From Candidatus Obscuribacteraceae bacterium (GTDB lineage Bacteria > Cyanobacteriota > Vampirovibrionia > Obscuribacterales > Obscuribacteraceae): a stretch of DNA of 64,000 nt. How positions within the stretch are numbered: the first letter of the stretch is position 1; each line of letters starts with the position of its first letter. A program made the position numbers and the translations under genes. The stretch spans positions 819,435 to 883,434 of the forward strand of contig JBGAHS010000002.1 in the NCBI GenBank assembly GCA_044226015.1, read 5' to 3'. Below the pieces are notes generated by a model. That model was given only the letters and a program-made list of their open reading frames with translations. It was not told the DNA's origin and made no database searches. Positions 1-9,038 of the stretch are shown one piece after another.

Positions 1-2
1 AA

Positions 3-857
3 AATTCTAAGCAATCATCAAGCAGCTCATCCACCTCAGCAACAGATTCCGCGAATAGTGCAGATTCAGTCGCGGCAGCTAAGGGGTCATCAGCAAATAG
101 CTCAAAAGCTTCAGCTCCGACAAACGGCACACCGACACCAAAGGTGGTGCCAATAGCTTCAGCCAGCATTCCGTCTCAAATAAAGGGCGAACTTTCGACT
201 GAAAAGTCCATGGCTCATAAGTTGGTGGCACAGTATGGCGCACAAGCAACTGCTGCACTAAAAGCAGGCGACCTCGATGAAGCACTTCCCTGGTTAGAAA
301 AGCAACTGCAGCAAGAGCGCATTATATACGCAAGCGAAATCGACCCTCACATGATTGTCACGTTCGCTCAATTGATTCATGCCACACGTGGAGATCAGTT
401 CGCTGAAGGCACAAAGCAAGCGCAATACCTCGAGCTGGCGCTCAAAGCCTTCGCGAAGGATAAGCAGACCGCCATCGCTTTTGTTGACTCAAAATCACAT
501 TCATGGAAAATTTGGAAATCACTTGCTGATGCATGTTTTACAAAAGCAAATTTGCTGCCCGGACCATTCAAGCTAGCCTACCAAGAATGGGCAACGGTAT
601 TTTACTCACTGGCAGAGTCCAAATATAACGGCGCTAAAGATCGCAATTATTTTGAAATGCTATCGAAGACTTACATTTGCGCGAAGAAAAGTGGCAATCT
701 GGAACTTTGCGGAAAGGTAGGAGCAATTCTAAGCGCAAATGGACAACAGGTGCCCAGCGCACCAGACGAGATGCAGCGACGCTTGTTAAATCGACAGGGA
801 CCGCTCAGAGAATTTGGCCGACGTTTCCGCAGACCAAATCTTGAGCGCCAGCAATAA
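3..857 (+). CDS. 5'-truncated hypothetical protein: Ser/Ala-rich linker followed by a helical, TPR-like region (possibly the C-terminus of a kinase-TPR protein)
   Basis: The frame of ORF 144..857 stays open back to base 3 (NSKQSSSSSSTSATDSANSA...), so the true start lies upstream of the window; helical repeat-like text (AGDLDEALPWLEKQL). Confidence 0.6.
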   Translation, partial: NSKQSSSSSSTSATDSANSADSVAAAKGSSANSSKASAPTNGTPTPKVVPIASASIPSQIKGELSTEKSMAHKLVAQYGAQATAALKAGDLDEALPWLEKQLQQERIIYASEIDPHMIVTFAQLIHATRGDQFAEGTKQAQYLELALKAFAKDKQTAIAFVDSKSHSWKIWKSLADACFTKANLLPGPFKLAYQEWATVFYSLAESKYNGAKDRNYFEMLSKTYICAKKSGNLELCGKVGAILSANGQQVPSAPDEMQRRLLNRQGPLREFGRRFRRPNLERQQ

Positions 858-934
858 TCGCGGCTCGCTCAACGCCAGGGCGGCGCGCCAGCAAGGTTAT
901 GTGGGATGATTTCGTAAAATTTCCTGCCGCCCAA

Positions 935-964
935 TTGCAAAGAGGCGCCTTTTTGGCGTACAAT
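935..964 (+). promoter_or_regulatory. Putative sigma70 promoter for the DUF1778/GNAT TA operon
   Basis: TTGCAA (935-940), 18-nt spacer, TACAAT (959-964), 32 nt upstream of the ATG at 997. Confidence 0.45.
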
Positions 965-996
965 GGGTAAAGCACAGTAAGGCAAGCAGGTGCGCA

Positions 997-1290
997 ATGG
1001 CAGTCAAGAAAAAAGCGAAGAAAGAGGCAATAGAGCGGCTTGCTATGCGAGTCCCCTCCGCTCTCAAGGAAAAATACACGCGTGCAGCCGAGCTGCGCGG
1101 GGAGACTTTTAGCGGCTGGGCCAAGCATGTGCTTGACGAGGCAGCCGAAAAACAGCTCCGCGAGCATGAGTTTACAGATATGGCGCTTGCTGATCGTATT
1201 GCCTTCATGGAGAGTGTACTCTCGCCGCCTAAGCCAGCACAAGCAGCGGTACAGGCGGCAAAGCGGTACAAGAAAGTATTCGGTCTCTAG
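997..1290 (+). CDS. Type II TA antitoxin, DUF1778 / RHH (TacA/AtaR-like)
   Basis: 97 aa; ERLAMRVPSALKEKYTRAAELRGETFSGW RHH motif, then DRIAFMESVLSPPKP; directly abuts a GNAT gene. Confidence 0.85.
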   Translation: MAVKKKAKKEAIERLAMRVPSALKEKYTRAAELRGETFSGWAKHVLDEAAEKQLREHEFTDMALADRIAFMESVLSPPKPAQAAVQAAKRYKKVFGL

Positions 1291-1851
1291 TTGCAAACTG
1301 AGCTTACTTTTAACCCAATTGAGGCGCTTGACCCCAAACGCCACAACCGGAACGCATTTACTTGTGGAGTAAAGCAGCTTGATGTTTTCATCCAGCAGAA
1401 AGCGCGTAAGGAAGCGCCCGATCTTTCGCTGACTTTTGTGCTTACCTGCCGCGAGGAGCCTGGAGAAATCCTGGGCTTCTACAGCTTGAGCGCGACTAAA
1501 CTCAAGGCGGATGATTTGTCTGCGGAGTTGAAAAAAAAGATCGCGCAGTACGGTTGTGTACCAGCAACCCTGCTCGGCCGGCTCGCTACTGCGATCAAAT
1601 ACCAGCGGAACAAGCAGCTGCGTATCGGCGAAATGCTCCTCATTGATGCCATGTTAAGAACCCATCTCGCTGCCCGTCAGGTCGCATCTTTTGGATTGAT
1701 CGTCGACGTGTTGAAGACGGAAGCATCCGACCCGACCGGATTCTACCGCCGTTACGGATTCATTGATTGCCAACAGTCTACCGATCGAATGTACATGCCA
1801 ATGAAAACAATTGAAGATACCCTGCGCGAAGCCGCTATTACTGGCGGTTAG
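1291..1851 (+). CDS. Type II TA toxin, GNAT acetyltransferase (TacT/AtaT-like)
   Basis: HNRNAFTCGVKQLDVFIQQKA, ILGFYSLSA, VPATLLGRLA, IGEMLLIDAM and GFYRRYGF are typical of tRNA-acetylating GNAT toxins; TTG start immediately after the antitoxin stop. Confidence 0.85.
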   Translation: MQTELTFNPIEALDPKRHNRNAFTCGVKQLDVFIQQKARKEAPDLSLTFVLTCREEPGEILGFYSLSATKLKADDLSAELKKKIAQYGCVPATLLGRLATAIKYQRNKQLRIGEMLLIDAMLRTHLAARQVASFGLIVDVLKTEASDPTGFYRRYGFIDCQQSTDRMYMPMKTIEDTLREAAITGG

Positions 1852-1863
1852 TCGTAGCCCGAG

Positions 1864-1908
1864 TCGTTTTCATCCGATTCGTTTTCATCCGATTCGTCTT
1901 CATCTGGT
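1864..1908. repeat. Three tandem 15-bp units (TCGTTTTCATCCGAT x2 plus one degenerate unit)
   Basis: Units at 1864-1878, 1879-1893 and 1894-1908, read directly. Confidence 0.8.
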
Positions 1909-2056
1909 GATTCAAGCGGCGGGAGATTGTTGAGCGGCGGACCGCCAAGCGACTCGCGAACATCTTTTGAAAATCCTACCTCCAACGAACAGGACAATCG
2001 GATTCAGCTATCAAAACCTTTATTGACGAAACAAGAAAAATACTTGAATAGGTGAC

Positions 2057-2086
2057 GGAAAGAGGAAGCATAAGCTCCCTCTTTCC
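2057..2086 (-). terminator. Stem-loop downstream of the L,D-transpeptidase gene
   Basis: Minus strand reads GGAAAGAGGGAGC-TTAT-GCTTCCTCTTTCC (13-bp stem with one G-U pair); weak U-tract. Confidence 0.5.
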
Positions 2087-2136
2087 TTGATCTAGTGACA
2101 ATGATTAGTGCGTCGTGAATTTGAGAAACACTAGAA

Positions 2137-2769
2137 TTAGCGTTTTTTGCGGAAATCATCCATGCTTATTTTCGTTCCTTCGAACTTCGGTACCGTGTAT
2201 ACAGCAGTGCCCTTATCGACGAGTGGATAAATTTTCAAAATGTCTGTGTTGTTGTGTCGCATGCAGCCATGGCTGACACTTCTGCCGATCTGATCTGGAC
2301 GATTGGTTCCATGCAAACCAAAATTGGTGCCATCGAGGCGAATAAATGCAAGACCGATAGGATTGCGCGGGTTCTCTTTGAACGGTGCGACAGGCTTGCC
2401 ACCAATGCTCTTTGGAGGATACCAAATGGGGTCGAGGCGCTTGTCAGAGACTTCCCAGCGTTGGAATGGTGTTGGTGTCGATGATTTGCCAACTGCATTG
2501 GAGACTGTAAGAACATCTTCAATCTGCCCGTTCTTCAGTTGCAGAACATGCGTTTTGTGAGCGCTCTGATCAACTATAACGACCGAGGGGAGCGAACGAT
2601 CAGCTTCGCCTTTTGGAACAGCGTTCGACAAAGTGACTTTCTCTGCCGGTGGCGCAGATTGTGCGGCTCTCGCCACAGTGGTAGTCCAGTCTGATTTATC
2701 CAAAGATTGAATTAACGCGCCGATAGCGTCATTGTTAGACGCCTGCGCTTTTACCGCAGCCTTTTCCAT
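2137..2769 (-). CDS. L,D-transpeptidase, YkuD/ErfK family
   Basis: NAVGK..TPTP, P.WYPP, NPIG..FIRL, FGLHGTN..DQIG..VSHGCMRHNN (catalytic His/Cys); ATG 2769 preceded by GGGAAGG. Confidence 0.9.
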   Translation of the reverse strand: MEKAAVKAQASNNDAIGALIQSLDKSDWTTTVARAAQSAPPAEKVTLSNAVPKGEADRSLPSVVIVDQSAHKTHVLQLKNGQIEDVLTVSNAVGKSSTPTPFQRWEVSDKRLDPIWYPPKSIGGKPVAPFKENPRNPIGLAFIRLDGTNFGLHGTNRPDQIGRSVSHGCMRHNNTDILKIYPLVDKGTAVYTVPKFEGTKISMDDFRKKR

Positions 2770-2783
2770 TTTGCAACCTTCCC

Positions 2784-2996
2784 TTAAACACCGCGCTGCC
2801 ACGCGGGATCCTGCCAGATGAGATTACTATAAGCTTCGTCGCCAACGTTGTCATTGGGGAAATTCCCATGGTCCCCGAGGCGACCCGGGGCGCTGATCCC
2901 TCCGTCCTCTGGGAGCCCGCCATCTGTTATAGGTGAGGCATTACAACTACCTGATCTCAAAATGAACCTTGTGGGATTTTCCCACTTGTTTTTCAT
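2784..2996 (-). CDS. Possible small protein (~70 aa) upstream of the L,D-transpeptidase
   Basis: MKNKWENPTRF...WQRGV; its TAA is followed at once by the RBS and ATG of the transpeptidase; no recognisable domain. Confidence 0.3.
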   Translation of the reverse strand: MKNKWENPTRFILRSGSCNASPITDGGLPEDGGISAPGRLGDHGNFPNDNVGDEAYSNLIWQDPAWQRGV

Positions 2997-3005
2997 TCCC
3001 ACAAG
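2968..3005. promoter_or_regulatory. Inverted repeat, candidate antitoxin operator
   Basis: CTTGTGGGA (2968-2976) ... TCCCACAAG (2997-3005), with an extra inner TCCCAC (2980-2985), 33 nt upstream of the antitoxin start. Confidence 0.45.
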
Positions 3006-3038
3006 AGTTAGAGTGAAAATAGTGCGCGGGAAAGAAAA

Positions 3039-3308
3039 ATGGATTGGATTGACACCGGCAGAGAATCTGAACCAGATAGCAAAAAACGAGTTTGCTTAGG
3101 GTCGGCTGTGTCAGAAAACAAGGTCAGGTACAGGATCATGAAAAACAAGTTGGGACAGATTCTGCTAGACCCCGTTAAATCCGTTCCCGCCTACGAAGCG
3201 TGGGTTTGGGAAAATCCGGAAATAATCGCAGCCTTTAACCGCAGCGTTTTACAAGCTGAAAAAGGAGAGACCACTGAAATTGATCTTTCAGAATTCGAGG
3301 ATGATTAG
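3039..3308 (+). CDS. Putative antitoxin, AbrB/MazE-like N-terminus with acidic tail
   Basis: PDSKKRVCLG...RYRI...GQILLDP swapped-hairpin pattern, then EAWVWENPE...QAEKG and DLSEFEDD; 3 nt upstream of a RelE-like gene. Confidence 0.65.
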   Translation: MDWIDTGRESEPDSKKRVCLGSAVSENKVRYRIMKNKLGQILLDPVKSVPAYEAWVWENPEIIAAFNRSVLQAEKGETTEIDLSEFEDD

Positions 3309-3311
3309 AGA

Positions 3312-3674
3312 GTGCAGTTTCGACTCGCCTACACCCAAGAGGCTATGCGCCAATTCAGAGAGCTTCAGCAAGATAAGAATCAAGAGAAGAGATTCAAAGC
3401 TGTCGTAAAAGCTTTGCGTTTTCTGACAGAAAACCCCAAGCATCCATCACTAAATACTCACAAGTTCGAATCGCTAATAGGTCCAGCTGGAGTAGAGGTG
3501 TTTGAGGCTTACGCCGAAGATAAGACAGCAGGCGCTTATAGAATATTTTGGTGCTATTATCCGCCGCGGAAAGCAAAAACATCTAAGAGCCAATCTCGAA
3601 AAACGGGTTTGGATAAGCAGGCAGAAGATAGACCCACAATAACAATCTTAGCAATCACCGCGCATCCAGATTAG
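3312..3674 (+). CDS. RelE/ParE superfamily toxin
   Basis: FRLAYTQEA..F..L, KAL..L..NPKHPSLNTHK, FEAY, AYRIFW and ITILAITAHP fit the RelE fold. Confidence 0.75.
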   Translation: MQFRLAYTQEAMRQFRELQQDKNQEKRFKAVVKALRFLTENPKHPSLNTHKFESLIGPAGVEVFEAYAEDKTAGAYRIFWCYYPPRKAKTSKSQSRKTGLDKQAEDRPTITILAITAHPD

Positions 3675-3783
3675 ACCTCGAATCACGAATGCTCAATTCG
3701 AACAAGGTAAGATGCCTCCTGATGATCGCCACAAACCGCGACTCACATAATTGGTATGATCATTACTCTTCTGAGGAAACTGT

Positions 3784-4449
3784 ATGCCAGCAGCCAGACC
3801 TGACGGAAAAATACTTTCCATATGCGTGAGCAAGCCCAAGACGGTCTTGTTCGATGGAGAGTATGTAAGCACTGGAATTTTCAAAGAGCCTGTTGAAGGC
3901 AAAATTGAGCTACGAAAGCTCAACCTCGAAGGCGATGAACAGGCGGACCTCACAGTGCATGGCGGACCAGACAAAGCAGTCTACGCCTACCCCTCCGAGC
4001 ACTACCCATGGTGGCAGCAAAAGTTACCAGAGTTCGATTTTCCCTTTGGCAAATTTGGCGAGAATTTCACAACCGAAGGACTTCTCGAAAAAGATGTCTG
4101 CATAGGCGACGAGTTTCAGGTCGGAACCGCGACAATAAAAGTCTCGCAACCACGATTGCCCTGCTACAAACTTGGTGTTAGATTCGGACGCAACGATATA
4201 ATCAAGACATTCTTGCAGAGCGGTTTTAGCGGCATATACTTCTCAGTGATAAAAGAAGGACAGGTTTCCGCCGGAGACAACATCATATTCTTGCGTGATG
4301 ACGGACTTGAAATACGCGTTCAGGATGTAGCAAATTTATTCAACGGAAAGAAAGCTCGCGAACCAGAATACATTCAACGATGCTTAAGTTCGCAGCTTGC
4401 GGAACAAATGAAGATGTTCATCAGATCAAGCGTAGCAAGGCATTCCTAA
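3784..4449 (+). CDS. yiiM: MOSC domain protein (YiiM-like)
   Basis: STGIFKEPV, LEGDEQADLTVHGGPDKAVYAY, FGENFT, VSQPRLPCYKL. Confidence 0.85.
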   Translation: MPAARPDGKILSICVSKPKTVLFDGEYVSTGIFKEPVEGKIELRKLNLEGDEQADLTVHGGPDKAVYAYPSEHYPWWQQKLPEFDFPFGKFGENFTTEGLLEKDVCIGDEFQVGTATIKVSQPRLPCYKLGVRFGRNDIIKTFLQSGFSGIYFSVIKEGQVSAGDNIIFLRDDGLEIRVQDVANLFNGKKAREPEYIQRCLSSQLAEQMKMFIRSSVARHS

Positions 4450-4473
4450 CAACTAAAAACCAGAAGATACAGC

Positions 4474-4950
4474 ATGACGAATAGTCCTCAAAAAATCATC
4501 CCGCCGTTCACCCTGGAAAGCGCCAAACAGAAAGTGCGCGCGGCAGAAAATGCCTGGAACTCGTGCGACCCCGATAGAGTGAGCCACGCTTACACAGAAG
4601 ATTGCAAATGGAGAAACCGTGCAGAATTTTTTCAAGGGCGCACAGCAATCGTAGAATTCCTGAAGCGAAAATGGGCGCGAGAACTCGATTATCGCCTGAT
4701 TAAAGAGCTGTGGGCACATGATGGCAATCGCATCGCAGTTCGCTTTGCCTATGAGTGGCATGATGATTCTGGAAATTGGTTCCGCTCGTATGGAAATGAG
4801 AATTGGGAATTCAACGATGAAGGAATAATGACTCATCGACATGCATCCATCAATGATGTGCCTATCAAAGAATCAGAACGCCAATTCTTGTGGGATCGCT
4901 CAGCACCACGCCCACAAGAGCATCCAGAACTTAGTGAACTTGGCTTGTGA
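4474..4950 (+). CDS. NTF2/SnoaL-like protein (DUF1348 family)
   Basis: [61 protein letters not shown]. Confidence 0.9.
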   Translation: MTNSPQKIIPPFTLESAKQKVRAAENAWNSCDPDRVSHAYTEDCKWRNRAEFFQGRTAIVEFLKRKWARELDYRLIKELWAHDGNRIAVRFAYEWHDDSGNWFRSYGNENWEFNDEGIMTHRHASINDVPIKESERQFLWDRSAPRPQEHPELSELGL

Positions 4951-5016
4951 TGCTTGGTTCATAATTTCCGCGCCGCAGGCAACGTATGCGCACGGTACGC
5001 GGTAGAATGTGTCCAG

Positions 5017-5829
5017 ATGAACGAAGCAATAATACTTCTTGCAACGGCAGCTACTCTCGGATTCAGACACGGGTTCGACTGGGACCACATCGCCGCGATA
5101 CTCGACCTTGTGAGCAGCACGACATCAAGCAGAGCCGAGACAAGTGCAGTCAGGTTTCGCGCACTCTGCCTTTCCTTCATGTATGCATTGGGTCACGCAC
5201 TATTGGTTTTGGTCCTTGGTTCATGCGCACTCATTTTTGCCGCAATATTACCAACATGGGTAGACGCATGCATGGAGAGAATCGTTGGCAACACACTTTT
5301 GCTACTGGGAATCTGGGTTTCAGTAGCATTGTTTGAACATCTTAGAGGCAGAAGTGACTTTCAATTGAAAAGTCGTTGGATGCTCATGTTTGAATTAGCA
5401 GAGCGAATGCAAAATAAATTGAGCAGATCGACAGCTGATGATTATCATGCTGATGCTGCGCAAGCAGAGCAAGAGCAAGCTGAGCAAGAGCGAAAGCGAA
5501 CATACGGAGCAGGCTCATCATTTTTCATTGGCATGCTTCATGGTATTGGCGCGGAGACTGGGACACAAGTCTTGCTAATAAGCGCAATCGGAGGCGCAGC
5601 CAGTCGAGGACTCGGAATGGCTATGCTTGTCTCTTTTGTTCTGGGACTTCTCGCATCAAACACACTGGTTGCTATTGCAAGCATCACAGGATTTGCAACA
5701 TCAGCGAAAGCAAAACCAATTTACTTAACCGCAGGATTACTAACCTGCGTGTTCAGCCTGGTAGTTGGAACTTACTTCGTCACCGGACAAGTCGACGCCT
5801 TGCCCGACCTCCAACGCATCATGGGTTGA
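5017..5829 (+). CDS. High-affinity nickel/cobalt transporter family (NiCoT, HoxN/HupN/NixA-like)
   Basis: GFRHGFDWDHIAAI (R-H-x-x-D-x-D-H motif), LGH in TM2, GMLHGIGAETGTQ, multiple TM helices. Confidence 0.8.
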   Translation: MNEAIILLATAATLGFRHGFDWDHIAAILDLVSSTTSSRAETSAVRFRALCLSFMYALGHALLVLVLGSCALIFAAILPTWVDACMERIVGNTLLLLGIWVSVALFEHLRGRSDFQLKSRWMLMFELAERMQNKLSRSTADDYHADAAQAEQEQAEQERKRTYGAGSSFFIGMLHGIGAETGTQVLLISAIGGAASRGLGMAMLVSFVLGLLASNTLVAIASITGFATSAKAKPIYLTAGLLTCVFSLVVGTYFVTGQVDALPDLQRIMG

Positions 5830-6185
5830 TTTGCAGAATGCAGCACGAAACTTAATCAAGCTGCAAAGTGACAGTAGCCTAGAGTTCATGCACATATGCA
5901 AGAGGCGCACTTTCAATCTGGAAAAACAAAAGCAGAAAGCAGCCCTAATCTGTGTGATAATGATGAACGAATATAGTCAGGCTTTCTTACTCAACCTCGA
6001 GTGATTAGCGAAGGTTGATAATTGTAGAGCCCAATCCAAGAAGTTTGCCAATCCACATCAGAACTGTTCCAGCATTTCGTCTGCCGGAATTTTCTCGTCG
6101 TTTTCAATGACTTTCAATGCTCTCATGCCGACTATTACGCTGTTCATACTGAACAGTGTTCTAAATAACACAAAGGCTAAAACAC

Positions 6186-6461
6186 ATGCAAAATAAACTA
6201 TTCGTCCGCAATTTGTCTTTCAACACAGAAGACAGCGATCTCAACAATCTTTTTTCTCGCTTCGGAACTGTGCACTCAGCGAAGGTAGCAACCCATAGAG
6301 ATACAGGCAAAAAACGCGGTTTCGGATTTGTAGAAATGGGCTCAGAGCAATCAGCTAATGATGCAATCAGAGCACTTGAAGGCTCGAGCCTCGATGGCAG
6401 AACCATTTATGTCGCACACTCTGAACAACGCAGCGCCAGAACCACCTCTTCGAACTGGTAG
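6186..6461 (+). CDS. Single-RRM RNA-binding protein (cyanobacterial Rbp-like)
   Basis: RNP2 KLFVRNL and RNP1 RGFGFVEM; DAIRALEG..LDGRTIYV. Confidence 0.9.
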   Translation: MQNKLFVRNLSFNTEDSDLNNLFSRFGTVHSAKVATHRDTGKKRGFGFVEMGSEQSANDAIRALEGSSLDGRTIYVAHSEQRSARTTSSNW

Positions 6462-6617
6462 TGGACTGCGAGCCAGCCAAATCTGCTGTGCTCGCCTGAA
6501 CTAACACGTTTTCAATCGACCTACAAAAGCACTCGACTTTCGGCACCGGCAATGGTGTCTGCAGGGCGAGTGCTTACGTACTTTTACCCGGTTTTCCAAC
6601 TCACAAACAGAGGCAGC

Positions 6618-7101
6618 ATGCAAAACACTAACAACAAAGGACAGCCGGAAAAGAAGGCAGCAGGGGACCTGACGTACCTATATGACTTTATTTGCCAATG
6701 CCCTAACCCAAAAATCACCGAAGCGATAAAAAAGCTTGTTGACGGCTGGCTAGAGCAGACGAATGAAATTCCCAGCTTCTCCGAAGAACTGAAAAAACAA
6801 CTGCACATGACAGATGATGAAATCATCGAGATATGCTGGCTACTCGCGATAAATCCGAAGACGCCTCCTTCCGTACTGAACGACCTGTGCGCAGGCGCCT
6901 CAGACGGACTAATGGAGAGAATTGCCGAGAATAGCAATACCGGCGCAAGTACGCTAGCTCAACTTTCATATCAGGCAGAACACAAATGTACCAACGGAAG
7001 CGCTGGAGATTCTAGCTGCAGATGACAATCCATATGTAAAAATGCGCGCCGCAATGACATTGATGCGCGCCGAAATACAACGTGACGTCTTTGGCAAATA
7101 G
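6618..7101 (+). pseudogene. Leucine-rich-repeat-variant (LRV/HEAT-like) protein with a frameshift near 6978
   Basis: First frame: LAINPKTPPSVLNDL, IAENSNTGASTLAQLS; the repeat pattern continues in the +1 frame from 6979 (NTNVPTEALEILAADDNPYVKMRAAMTL...GK, TAG 7099-7101). Confidence 0.7.
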
Positions 7102-7128
7102 TCAGCTCATTTCCACGCGAAGAGCTCA

Positions 7129-7836
7129 TCAATCCTCGAACTCAACCCCATCTATTTCGGCTTCCAGGCGCTCGTATTCCGCAGAGCCAATCACCCAGAG
7201 AAAGGTTTGAATGTCGTGAAAGTTTTTCGGCTTTAGATCTGCAATTCCCGCTTTGGTTTGTTCAGCGAGATCCATCAGCAACTCATAGGTTCGGAAATTT
7301 GGTTTGGAAGAATACTCCAGATCAAACCCCAATTCTTCCGACGCGACACGCATCGCGGTGGGCTTCATTATCATGAATTTGTTCGGCTGTGCAATATAAG
7401 GAAAGAAGGTCAGAACGGGCCAGGACAACACGCGCGACTTCTTTCGTGGAAGCTCTGAAACGGCGACAATCCATGCGACAAATCTTTCCCTAAACGGGTC
7501 TTTTCCGTGCAGAAGATTATAGAGCCCTTCAGCGAAGGTTCGCGCACCATCGCCCATATTCAGAGCGTCGCGCAGAGCCATCTTTTCAAACGAAAACAGA
7601 AATGTGCATCGAGACTCAACTTGAAGTGCGCGAGATGCAATCGTTGAATAATCACGTTTTTTCAAAAGTGAAAGGAATTCCTCCTGTCCGAGAAGTTTCT
7701 TCCACAGGAGGTGCGCCTCCCACTTATAGGTGCGCTCCCACTCTATGTAACGCTGGTCATTGAATCCTTTAGGGAAAATCTTCAAAAACCGTTTCTTGTG
7801 CTTAAGCAGCGCTCGTTGATTTATTTTCTTTGACAC
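7129..7836 (-). CDS. Conserved-looking hypothetical protein
   Basis: 235-aa ORF of globular composition (FPKGF...ERTYKW, WPVLTFFP, MKPT, DIQTFLWV); function not recognised. Confidence 0.7.
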   Translation of the reverse strand: MSKKINQRALLKHKKRFLKIFPKGFNDQRYIEWERTYKWEAHLLWKKLLGQEEFLSLLKKRDYSTIASRALQVESRCTFLFSFEKMALRDALNMGDGARTFAEGLYNLLHGKDPFRERFVAWIVAVSELPRKKSRVLSWPVLTFFPYIAQPNKFMIMKPTAMRVASEELGFDLEYSSKPNFRTYELLMDLAEQTKAGIADLKPKNFHDIQTFLWVIGSAEYERLEAEIDGVEFED

Positions 7837-7944
7837 GAATACATCCCAAACTCAGCACCCAATTCTAACACTGATTTGCCCATGACCACCAAAGACGAAG
7901 CAGAGGCGCAAAGCCTCTGCTCACTGTCTCGCAGAATGGTCTCC

Positions 7945-8898
7945 TTAGTTCTGCCAAATCTGAGGTGCGTGATCGTCAACCTTTTGGTAGACACCAGATG
8001 CGGTGACACCTATACCGCCGAATCCTTCACCGACCTGATCAACATAAACGTACTTTCCATCAAATCGCATAATCAATCGATAACCAGAATCGCTGCCGTA
8101 CTCGCAATCATAAACAGCTGTGTTGTTTTTGATTGGAACAACACCAGAGGCTTCTCCTGTGTGGCTGCCGTTCAAAGCCTGGCAGCAGAAGTTAATCTTG
8201 TTGCCGGGCAAACTCACCACGCGAAAATCAGCACCTTCAAATTTTGGTTCGGTGTCTACACGTGAGTAGGAACCGGTCAGCTGCGAAAGATTCAAGTTTT
8301 TCTTTGCCGCGTGCACTGCGACCAGCTTACTCGAATCTTCTCTCTTTGGCCTTGCGAAGCAAATTTGTGGAAGCGCTACACTGCTCACCATTGCCTCTTT
8401 CCCATGCAATCTGCTTCTCACGTCATCGATGTATTCTTTGACTGGCTCTGGCAGTTTGCTCATCGAATCAACACCGTAAATGGACAATTTGTTTTCGGCA
8501 AGAACACAAACACAAACTTTCTTGGTATTCATGTTCAAATCAAAAAAGCTCTCTGAGATAGTGAACAGACCACGCACGCCACCTGCCGCATAAAGGTCAG
8601 CACCTTTCACATCAGGCAATTCTGTAATTTGTGTTGCATCAAAATACTTGTCGAGGTCGGCTCCCATTGTGCTTTTCATCAAAGACTTAACGTCTTCGTC
8701 TTCAAGCACGGTCCACAAGCTCTCCGATTTCTTCAATCGAATCAAACTTGTTTCTTGCGCAAGCACTTGATTCAAACTTGCACTGCTTTGTTTTTCGAAA
8801 TTTTTTCCAGCGGCGTTCGGCGAGAACGACAGCGCCTGAACTGTGACTGCTAGTGCCACCAAACCCGCTGCTGAAAATGCTTTTTTCAAGCTCAACAT
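7945..8898 (-). CDS. Secreted hypothetical protein
   Basis: Signal peptide MLSLKKAFSAAGLVALAVTVQA; AGAAGGGA RBS; beta-rich C-terminus. Confidence 0.7.
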   Translation of the reverse strand: MLSLKKAFSAAGLVALAVTVQALSFSPNAAGKNFEKQSSASLNQVLAQETSLIRLKKSESLWTVLEDEDVKSLMKSTMGADLDKYFDATQITELPDVKGADLYAAGGVRGLFTISESFFDLNMNTKKVCVCVLAENKLSIYGVDSMSKLPEPVKEYIDDVRSRLHGKEAMVSSVALPQICFARPKREDSSKLVAVHAAKKNLNLSQLTGSYSRVDTEPKFEGADFRVVSLPGNKINFCCQALNGSHTGEASGVVPIKNNTAVYDCEYGSDSGYRLIMRFDGKYVYVDQVGEGFGGIGVTASGVYQKVDDHAPQIWQN

Positions 8899-9038
8899 TG
8901 TCGTACTCCCTTCTAGTTGCATTTGAGTTTCCTCAATTGCAATCCTCTCATAAGGAGCACTCGCTGAAAAGCCCTATTGACGGGGTTTTACGGAGTTATC
9001 ACTTCTGCTTAGCTTTGCTTTTGCACAGCCTTTACAAA

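Noticed and set aside
2870..2916. SAM-I or c-di-AMP riboswitch (CAGAG...GAGGGA...GCCC resemblance)
   Set aside because: Lacks the SAM-I GCAACC, GGTGC and AUC/GAU P1 elements and the ydaO CCCGAA.CCGUCAGCUAACC core
2784..3002. Lasso-peptide/RiPP precursor (KWENP leader-like, T-D-G-G)
   Set aside because: No Asp/Glu at core position 7-9, and no cyclase, peptidase or RRE gene nearby
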